From positions 1-37,414 of IMG/VR virus record IMGVR_UViG_3300044709_000239: a stretch of DNA of 37,414 bases; one strand, written 5' to 3'. Position 1 is the stretch's first letter; every line of letters starts with the position of its first letter. The notes under the pieces are model-generated. The model did no database searches and was not told where the DNA came from. It saw only the letters and a list, made by a program, of their open reading frames with translations. The position numbers and the translations under genes are program-made. Positions 20,198 to 26,308 of the stretch are shown in pieces. Source of the stretch: a virus. Taxonomy: Duplodnaviria; Caudoviricetes.

Positions 20198-20256
20198 TGA
20201 AAGATTTTGTTTTACTCGTATTTGTTTTGGTGGCAGTCTTAAACAATACAATATAG
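20197..20256 (+). CDS. Possible 19-aa hydrophobic peptide
   Basis: MKDFVLLVFVLVAVLNNTI; TAATG overlap; GAGGA upstream. Confidence 0.35.
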   Translation: MKDFVLLVFVLVAVLNNTI

Positions 20257-20263
20257 TTTATAT

Positions 20264-20345
20264 GCTATGTTAGCTCAGGCAGTTAGAGCACTTATGAGGT
20301 TAGATTCCTTATGGGGGGTCGTTGGCGCAACTCCAACACGTAGCT
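20264..20345 (+). tRNA. Non-canonical tRNA-like RNA (9-bp anticodon arm, AGA in a 7-nt loop, no encoded CCA)
   Basis: Acceptor GCTATGT/ACGTAGC, D stem GCTC/GAGC, arm CTTATGAGG/CCTTATGGG, variable GGGTC, T stem GTTGG/CCAAC. Confidence 0.8.
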
Positions 20346-20351
20346 TCTCAT

Positions 20352-20519
20352 TTAATTGCCACCCGCTTGGCAACTCAGAGACAGCATAATTCCTTTAGGG
20401 GAAACTCTCAAATATGCTCAATCTCATGCGGAATTATTCGGCTCACCCCTAGCCAATGAAGAGACGGTCTGGTGCGATTGCATGTTGTGACCTACACCCA
20501 ATCTCATGGGGAATTTTTC
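20352..20519 (+). ncRNA. Tandemly duplicated structured RNA motif (two ~80-nt units)
   Basis: Each unit: CACCC-loop hairpin, GAGAC, variable hairpin, CAATCTCATG(C/G)GGAATT; the loop/tail pairing covaries. Confidence 0.55.
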
Positions 20520-20540
20520 CAGTTATAACAAATAATCCAT

Positions 20541-20566
20541 ACTTATACCTGAAACCGGGTATAAGT
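20541..20566. terminator. Strong hairpin closing the RNA locus
   Basis: ACTTATACCTG-AAAC-CGGGTATAAGT; no clear U-tract, so terminator function is uncertain. Confidence 0.45.
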
Positions 20567-20662
20567 TAGCAAAGATCGCTTGATCTTAATGATTTCTTTG
20601 TCCATACTTGGTGTGATTGCAAAATTTTGCGCAATCTATCTTAACAAAGTAGGAGTCACAAC

Positions 20663-21166
20663 ATGCAAGCAACATCAAGACCTGTATCTTATTGGGGATA
20701 TGATGCCCCACGAGAGCAGGCAATAGAAGAAGCGCATTCTTCATCTTCCGAAGCATCAACACCGCCAGATTCACCAAAGATCGTCCAGTTTAACGGATCT
20801 ATCTCAGGACAGTCCACTCGTGCTACAGATGAGATCGATAGACTAGGTAGACTTCTTGTCAATGAACAAGCCCGAACTGCAGTGCAGGCAAATTTGATAC
20901 AGGAACTCAGGACAAAACTAGCGGAAGAAATCGAGAAGAATAGGGTGATAAGTGCCGAAGCGCCTCGTAGAGCAGAACAGGCAGCACAACAAGCGACTGA
21001 GGCTGCCGACAACCACTACTATCAAGCTGGGCAAGACCGACAACAGGAAGCAAGTTGGTTTGAAAAATATCGTGCTATGTCATGGGGTTCTTTAGGGCTG
21101 GCTATGGTTGGAACTGCTGTTGCTGTGGCAGCTATAGTGATGCAGATTTTCCGGATGGTGAAATAA
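20663..21166 (+). CDS. Tail-anchored coiled-coil protein (candidate effector)
   Basis: AGGAG RBS; S/P/T-rich N-terminus, central coiled coil, C-terminal TM LGLAMVGTAVAVAAIVMQIF followed by RMVK. Confidence 0.8.
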   Translation: MQATSRPVSYWGYDAPREQAIEEAHSSSSEASTPPDSPKIVQFNGSISGQSTRATDEIDRLGRLLVNEQARTAVQANLIQELRTKLAEEIEKNRVISAEAPRRAEQAAQQATEAADNHYYQAGQDRQQEASWFEKYRAMSWGSLGLAMVGTAVAVAAIVMQIFRMVK

Positions 21167-21666
21167 TGCGAATGACCGACTTTAGTTTTTTCCCGCAAAA
21201 GCCTTTCACACCGCAGACATTGCCTCAACTGCCACGCGAACTTATGGCTATCATCATCAATAACATGAGCCTACAAACTTTATTGTCATTCGAAAGATGT
21301 TCTAAAGCATGGGGGCAAGAAATCAATGAAAGCTACCGTCTACAAACAGCTAAAGATATGCCTGAAAAATATGCTCCGGCCTCTGCATTCCCCAGAAACA
21401 CATGGAAGAAGTTCTATTTCAACAACAATGAATTTGTCCGTGTGCGGCATTTAAATCAGATTTCACTAGCTAAAGAAGGGCCAAAAGTATGTCAGATTAG
21501 CAATGAAATATCGCAAATGGCCATAACTATATCGGTCGGCAATTTTGTCTGTTTAGTTGCGCCACCAGTTCTATCAAGTGTTTTAGCCCTTCCAGTGTTG
21601 GGTCAATTCGTATTATGGGCTGTAGGAGATACGGAAAAATCAGCAAGATATGAGGCTCCAGTATGA
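21166..21666 (+). CDS. F-box domain protein with C-terminal hydrophobic anchor
   Basis: LPQLPRELMAIIINNMSLQTLLSFERCSKAW fits the F-box consensus; downstream WKKFY; ~37-aa hydrophobic segment; TAATG coupling gives start 21166. Confidence 0.75.
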   Translation: MRMTDFSFFPQKPFTPQTLPQLPRELMAIIINNMSLQTLLSFERCSKAWGQEINESYRLQTAKDMPEKYAPASAFPRNTWKKFYFNNNEFVRVRHLNQISLAKEGPKVCQISNEISQMAITISVGNFVCLVAPPVLSSVLALPVLGQFVLWAVGDTEKSARYEAPV

Positions 21667-22115
21667 TATCACCGAGAGCAATGGAGTCTCAGCCTCTATT
21701 AGATTCTTTCCAGCGCATAAAACCTCAGTGGGAGATTGACTCTGATAATGAACTCGCTGAAACACATAGACAAGTTGCTGCATGGAGAGACGAATCTAAT
21801 GCTCAATGTGCCGAGAACGCAATTAATCTTGAGATCATAAGAGCCTCATTTGCTAGTATCGATGAATCCCACACTCAAATGGCAGCTATTAGAGCTAGAC
21901 GTCTTGCAGAGGAAAACATGCCCTTTGCAGAGCGTGTTGAGCGGCGAAAGATCGTCATCCTAGAGAACCTTACATGGCTCCTAGAAGCTACCAAGCGTAT
22001 CTTTTCCAATATGCCTAAGGTGTTTCAAGCAATTGCAGCAATGATAGCAACTGTAGCTATGGCGATTCTTGGCTATGTAGCATATAGACATATTTCACCT
22101 ACTATATCCCAGTAA
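21663..22115 (+). CDS. Tail-anchored helical protein with N-terminal ExxxLL motif (candidate effector)
   Basis: MISPRAMESQPLL; helical/coiled-coil body; TM VFQAIAAMIATVAMAILGYVAY; ATGA coupling. Confidence 0.8.
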   Translation: MISPRAMESQPLLDSFQRIKPQWEIDSDNELAETHRQVAAWRDESNAQCAENAINLEIIRASFASIDESHTQMAAIRARRLAEENMPFAERVERRKIVILENLTWLLEATKRIFSNMPKVFQAIAAMIATVAMAILGYVAYRHISPTISQ

Positions 22116-22119
22116 AACA

Positions 22120-22150
22120 GGCTCACATGCAAGTGTGAGCCATATAATTT
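22120..22150 (+). terminator. Hairpin/terminator after the three-gene cassette
   Basis: GGCTCACAT-GCAA-GTGTGAGCC followed by an AT-rich tail. Confidence 0.6.
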
Positions 22151-22177
22151 GTTGCTTAAATGCCATCATAGTATAAT
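22149..22177 (+). promoter_or_regulatory. Sigma70-type promoter for the collagen-like gene
   Basis: TTGTTG-17 bp-TATAAT. Confidence 0.55.
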
Positions 22178-22230
22178 GGGGATGTTTACCAATCGGTGGG
22201 CATAACGGATTATCTGTATAGAGGTAGTAT

Positions 22231-22920
22231 ATGTGCGATGAGCATAGACATCACGATCATAAATGTTGTTCTTGTGTAGGTCCTCAAGGACCTCAAGGCG
22301 TTATAGGGTTACAAGGACCACAGGGAATCCAAGGCGTTCAAGGATCTCAGGGTATCGATGGGAAAGATGGCCTGCAAGGCGTTCAAGGCCTTCAAGGAGT
22401 TGCTGGGAAAGACTGCGAATGCGACGAAAGAATGTGCAATTGCTGTGGATCTCATGCTAGTGTATATGCTACTCTGGCCCAATCTCTATCGGAATTTGGA
22501 GGTGGTAGCGATGCTGTGACTTTCCAGGGAATCAATTCCATATCAGCAGCTAATTTTGATTTAACAATGATGGGTGTGGACGGGTCTATAAAATTCCTTA
22601 AATCTGGCGTATATGACATCAGTTATAGCGCCGAAGCTAAGGTTCGACCACCTATCCCTAATCCTGTGCCATCATTTTCATTTGGATTTTGGCTGAATAA
22701 CATTGTGGTACCTGGTAGCGTAATCTCAGGGTATACTCAAGCTCCTGGCGATGACACAATACAGATTGTTGCTGAAGTGATAATCGACGTACAAGCCGGC
22801 GATGTCCTTATGTTAAGGAATGCATCCAGCAATCCTGTTCTGATGACTCCTAACGTCATTGGAATTATGTTCCCTGTAAATGTTGCAGGTATAACAATAC
22901 ATTGCATAAAATCTCTGTAA
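22231..22920 (+). CDS. Collagen-like protein with BclA/C1q-like C-terminal beta-sandwich
   Basis: ~15 Gly-X-Y triplets flanked by Cys clusters; GSIKFLKSGVYDISYS...IIDVQAGDVLMLRN; GAGGT RBS. Confidence 0.85.
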   Translation: MCDEHRHHDHKCCSCVGPQGPQGVIGLQGPQGIQGVQGSQGIDGKDGLQGVQGLQGVAGKDCECDERMCNCCGSHASVYATLAQSLSEFGGGSDAVTFQGINSISAANFDLTMMGVDGSIKFLKSGVYDISYSAEAKVRPPIPNPVPSFSFGFWLNNIVVPGSVISGYTQAPGDDTIQIVAEVIIDVQAGDVLMLRNASSNPVLMTPNVIGIMFPVNVAGITIHCIKSL

Positions 22921-22925
22921 AAACT

Positions 22926-22947
22926 AGCTCCCAGGGAACTGGGAGCT
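22926..22947 (+). terminator. Hairpin/terminator after the collagen-like gene
   Basis: AGCTCCCAG-GGAA-CTGGGAGCT perfect 9-bp stem. Confidence 0.6.
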
Positions 22948-23042
22948 CATATTGTGTATAGACAAAAAATTCACCACGAAGTAATTTTAATTTTTCAACT
23001 CGGTACGTAGTCCAACTCATCACCTCAAAAGAAAATACGAAT

Positions 23043-23354
23043 ATGTTTAACGACGAAATATCATCACAAGCTTCCGAAATACTGCGTGTTTTTGGACATG
23101 AACAGTTATACCTGCTCTACCAAGAAATGCATATGCTGGTTGAAGTATGGCACATAGATGAGCATGAGTGCGAAAAATTATGTGAAGACCCTGAAGATTC
23201 TGCTGATTTAATAAAATTGTTACGATCGGCCATTATCTTAAGCCGCATCGCTGACATGTACAGCAAAAAATTTGATAAAATTAGCCATAAGCATTGGCAC
23301 TTCTGGAAAAAATGTGAGGAAATCGCACAGAAAGTTGCTGAAGAAGTGTTATAA
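23043..23354 (+). CDS. Hypothetical helical protein
   Basis: 103-aa ORF; candidate promoter TAGACA-17-TAATTT at 22959-22987. Confidence 0.7.
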   Translation: MFNDEISSQASEILRVFGHEQLYLLYQEMHMLVEVWHIDEHECEKLCEDPEDSADLIKLLRSAIILSRIADMYSKKFDKISHKHWHFWKKCEEIAQKVAEEVL

Positions 23355-23357
23355 AAC

Positions 23358-23921
23358 CTAACATGCCATCGCTGCCATGTAGTTGTATAATGATGTTCGG
23401 GAAACTCCTAGCTCTTTTGCTATATCACATTTTTTTCTCTTAGTCTGTAGCAACTCTTTGAGTCTGACAATCTTTTCTGAGGTCAATTTTGTCTGACCAC
23501 CTTTGAATTTACCAGCTTTCTTCGCAATCGCTATGCCCTCTTTCTGCCGCTCCCGTATAAATGAGTGCTCAAACTCGGCGAATGCGCCCATGATAGATAG
23601 AAGAAGATTAGCCATAGCTGAGTCACAGCCATTGAATTGCATGTTCTCTTTCATGAAGTGCACCTGAACTTTTCTGGAGACCAGGCCACTCACTAGAGTA
23701 CGCAAGTCCATTAGGTTTCGTGCCAGCCTATCCATGCTGTGGACGACTACAATATCATCCTCTCGGACGAATTCTAGCATCGATTGTAGCTGCGGTCGGT
23801 TGGTCGATCCGGCTGATGCGTAGTCTATGAATTTCTTGTCTATCTGGATCCCTTCAAGCTGCCTGTCGGGATTTTGGTCTGTCGTGCTGACTCGGATATA
23901 TCCGATGCGTTTACCTGTCAT
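23358..23921 (-). CDS. Small serine recombinase (resolvase/invertase family) with C-terminal HTH
   Basis: GYIRVSTTDQN catalytic motif, SMDRLARN, FAEFE...IRERQKEGI, IAKELGVSRTSLYNY. Confidence 0.95.
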   Translation of the reverse strand: MTGKRIGYIRVSTTDQNPDRQLEGIQIDKKFIDYASAGSTNRPQLQSMLEFVREDDIVVVHSMDRLARNLMDLRTLVSGLVSRKVQVHFMKENMQFNGCDSAMANLLLSIMGAFAEFEHSFIRERQKEGIAIAKKAGKFKGGQTKLTSEKIVRLKELLQTKRKKCDIAKELGVSRTSLYNYMAAMAC

Positions 23922-24133
23922 TATAAATAATTTTCTTCAATTTGTTTCTTTAATTCTGTGTTAAATAGATCCATTAGGGTGATGACGTCATTTTTATCAC
24001 CCTGAACGCAAAACAAGTCTAAAATTGCAGATGTCAAATTATAGCATGCTGTCATTTTTGTTCTTGTATCATATCCTCGCATCACATGAAGGCATTCTGA
24101 AACGATGGTAGCCACGAGATTGTCGTCATTCAT
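23921..24133 (-). CDS. Hypothetical protein
   Basis: TAATG coupling at both ends (start MNDDNL at 24133). Confidence 0.65.
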   Translation of the reverse strand: MNDDNLVATIVSECLHVMRGYDTRTKMTACYNLTSAILDLFCVQGDKNDVITLMDLFNTELKKQIEENYL

Positions 24134-24666
24134 TAAAAATCTCCCTTTCCTTGAGAAACATCGAAAACGAAAATCCCTCGTCGACGCCACATTTCTACGA
24201 CTTTTTTCCTGTCATCGAAGACAAAGTCTATTGTTTTTCCTTCTGCAATAGCTTCATCCAACCAACGCTCTTTGAGTACATCATCGGGAGTGTTATCGCG
24301 TATGGGGCGCATTTTTAATCTTTTGTCATTCCAGGCATAAGGAACGATATGATTATTTATCCAATATTCTGTTCTACTTCTGACTGATTCGCAACGACCA
24401 GACCAAATTTGTATATCAAAGTGTGATTGTAATAAATTTAAAATGTCACAGGTTGATTCAATAGGCTCATCCTTATCGCAAGCCTCGTAGAATGCGGGCC
24501 AGTTGGGTTGGAATTTTTCTCTTGTGTCTTTATCAACATATTCATGACGTAAATCACCTTCTTTATACCAGAACCATTTAACATACTGCTGGTTTTTCGC
24601 AGGATCAACAAAATGCCGCCTATGCTCGCAATCAGTTAGTGTACCGTCTAGGTCGAAAATTATCAT
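24133..24666 (-). CDS. HAD-family phosphatase (PNKP 3'-phosphatase-domain-like)
   Basis: IIFDLDGTL, WSGR, LKMRP..D..PD...K, VFDDR...VEMWRR.G motifs. Confidence 0.9.
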   Translation of the reverse strand: MIIFDLDGTLTDCEHRRHFVDPAKNQQYVKWFWYKEGDLRHEYVDKDTREKFQPNWPAFYEACDKDEPIESTCDILNLLQSHFDIQIWSGRCESVRSRTEYWINNHIVPYAWNDKRLKMRPIRDNTPDDVLKERWLDEAIAEGKTIDFVFDDRKKVVEMWRRRGIFVFDVSQGKGDF

Positions 24667-24668
24667 TA

Positions 24669-24863
24669 TTAACCTAATATAAATGAACGGATTTCTTCTA
24701 TTCTATCAAGATATTCTTTTACCATTATTTTACCGTGTTTATCATTACCCAAACCTCTTTCAATTAAATCTGTAGCAAAAGATTCTATTGCTACACGTAC
24801 GGTTAAGCTCTGAGATATAGTCAATTCTTTTCCACATATGGTGATAGTAGGTTCACAACTCAT
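24669..24863 (-). CDS. Hypothetical protein
   Basis: Coupled ORF in the - strand operon. Confidence 0.65.
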   Translation of the reverse strand: MSCEPTITICGKELTISQSLTVRVAIESFATDLIERGLGNDKHGKIMVKEYLDRIEEIRSFILG

Positions 24864-25054
24864 TTGTTATTCCTATTTTCGAGGGCAGAAACACGTGTTT
24901 CCATTGCTATCACAACATCTAATAAATCCCTATCTAACTGAAGTTGTTCTTTATTGTATCCATGCAGCTGGCGAACGCTTAACACAGTATACCAAACTGA
25001 GATTAGAAGAAATCCCAAAGATACCAATATAAATATTTGCGAATAAACCATCAT
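24860..25054 (-). CDS. Small membrane protein (TM plus coiled coil)
   Basis: IFILVSLGFLLISVWYTVL; AGGA RBS. Confidence 0.65.
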   Translation of the reverse strand: MMVYSQIFILVSLGFLLISVWYTVLSVRQLHGYNKEQLQLDRDLLDVVIAMETRVSALENRNNK

Positions 25055-25057
25055 TTC

Positions 25058-25330
25058 CTATTCCTCTGACTCTATATTGAAATATTCAAAACTTTTGTGC
25101 TCATGTTCCTTTTCTTTTATAAATGAAAGAAGTTGATCTCGGTTTAAATTCATCCTAATTAAAAGACTTTGCTTTTCATTTTCACCTAAAGAATCCATGC
25201 ACATTATCCTGTTCATATCGATCATTAAACCTGCTAGACATCGTGCAATTGCTGCAGGGTCTTGTTTTAGAAAATATTCTTGCAATTCAGTTATGACTTG
25301 TTTATTTGTTTTCCCCAATCGCCCAGTCAT
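25058..25330 (-). CDS. Hypothetical protein
   Basis: TAATG coupling; GGAG RBS. Confidence 0.65.
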   Translation of the reverse strand: MTGRLGKTNKQVITELQEYFLKQDPAAIARCLAGLMIDMNRIMCMDSLGENEKQSLLIRMNLNRDQLLSFIKEKEHEHKSFEYFNIESEE

Positions 25331-25764
25331 TATTTAGCTCCTTTATATAATCTGTTGGCTTCCATAATTGGTAAGTTTGCTTCTGTGGGAACATAGACAA
25401 CTTGCATATTGCTTGTTTGCAGCCCTTGAATCCATAAGTAATGTAGATACCCTTCATTACCTGCCAGGCTATCACCAATAATTTTATTAGCCATAGCCAC
25501 ACCCTCTGCCCTAATAACTTCTGCATCAGCAAGAGCTTTTGAGCTTTCTTTTTTTGCCATGGCTTCACAAGTCGCAATCTGTCGATTAGAATCTGCCCTG
25601 GCGAGTTCTGCCTGTCCCAACATTCCTTGTTGCCAAACATGAACATATGGAGCTAAAAAATTAATATACGACCAAAGTAAACAAAATAACATTGATATTG
25701 CAAGCAAAGACATTTTTGTAATTTTTTTGATTTTTTCATATTCCATTTCACTATCTGTTTTCAT
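25330..25764 (-). CDS. Membrane protein with SPFH/HflC-like C-terminal coiled coil
   Basis: TM helix then GQAELARA...AEVIRAEGVA.AN.IIG.SL...YVPTEANLP; first gene after a consensus promoter. Confidence 0.75.
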   Translation of the reverse strand: MKTDSEMEYEKIKKITKMSLLAISMLFCLLWSYINFLAPYVHVWQQGMLGQAELARADSNRQIATCEAMAKKESSKALADAEVIRAEGVAMANKIIGDSLAGNEGYLHYLWIQGLQTSNMQVVYVPTEANLPIMEANRLYKGAK

Positions 25765-25789
25765 GATGAAACCCCTGTTTTGTACATCG

Positions 25790-25818
25790 ATTATACCACC
25801 CTAGATAGATTATGTCAA
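25790..25818 (-). promoter_or_regulatory. Perfect-consensus sigma70 promoter driving the operon that ends in the resolvase
   Basis: Minus strand TTGACA-TAATCTATCTAGGGTGG(17)-TATAAT with extended -10 TG. Confidence 0.85.
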
Positions 25819-25896
25819 GAAGAACTGTATGGGTGTCTGATTGAACGTTATGTCCATGATTTTATTTGTGCATCCAGGGAGTACCCTGTTTCTACG
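25811..25896. promoter_or_regulatory. Candidate res (resolution) site
   Basis: Dyad TGTGCATCCAGGG-AGTA-CCCTGTTTCTACG (25867-25896) plus TGTC-starting half-sites at 25813, 25834 and 25851. Confidence 0.55.
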
Positions 25897-26269
25897 ACGG
25901 TATTAAATAATTTGTATGTGATTCAGGCAACAATTTATTTTCCTCAGGTTTATATCCAAAAATTTCTTCGATTGCCAAAATTGTCTCTGGTGGTACAAGT
26001 TTAGAATTTGCCCATAACCAATGACTCGCATAGTCGTTTATTTGCAATTGACAAAATTTATAATACTTCTTACCCAAAATAGATCTCAAAAACTGTTTTG
26101 GATGATGAGAGGCGTCTATAGCTTCCCTTGCTCTCCAATAATGAGACAATACAATGTAATGAATAAAAATATATGCCTGCATCTTTGGATCTGCTGTTTT
26201 TTCAATCTTCTCCCACCCAATTCTTTTGGTCTCTTCACGTTCTTTATATGTGGGGTAAATTTCCATCAT
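25892..26269 (-). CDS. Hypothetical protein
   Basis: Start MMEIYP overlaps the DUF551 stop. Confidence 0.6.
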   Translation of the reverse strand: MMEIYPTYKEREETKRIGWEKIEKTADPKMQAYIFIHYIVLSHYWRAREAIDASHHPKQFLRSILGKKYYKFCQLQINDYASHWLWANSKLVPPETILAIEEIFGYKPEENKLLPESHTNYLIPS

Positions 26270-26308
26270 TCTTGTCCTGGTGGTTTCGGCAACGGCATCC
26301 AATGTGTT
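26264..26308. repeat. 45-bp direct repeat, copy 1 (copy 2 at 26710-26754)
   Basis: CATCAyTCTTsTCCTGGyGGTTTCGGCAACGGCATCCAATGyGTT, 4 mismatches. Confidence 0.9.

Noticed and set aside
20264-20345. Functional tRNA-Ser(AGA), tmRNA or attP site
   Set aside because: No long variable arm, a 9-bp arm, U37, no G3-U70 pair, and no integrase in the genome
20346-20440. Theta/HDV-like ribozyme at the tRNA 3' end
   Set aside because: No G at the expected cleavage position, and I could not build the nested P1/P1.1/P3/P2 double pseudoknot
20346-20545. Mini-CRISPR array (33- and 36-nt inserts between GAGAC and CAATCTC)
   Set aside because: The would-be repeats are highly divergent, both inserts fold into hairpins and no cas gene is present; a duplicated structured RNA fits better
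21082-21165. N-terminal extension MGFFRAGYGWNCCCCG of the F-box ORF
   Set aside because: It overlaps the TM-coding end of the upstream gene; the TAATG-coupled start at 21166 is more plausible
23358-25896. Tn3/Tn5053-family transposon
   Set aside because: No transposase, terminal inverted repeats or target duplication seen
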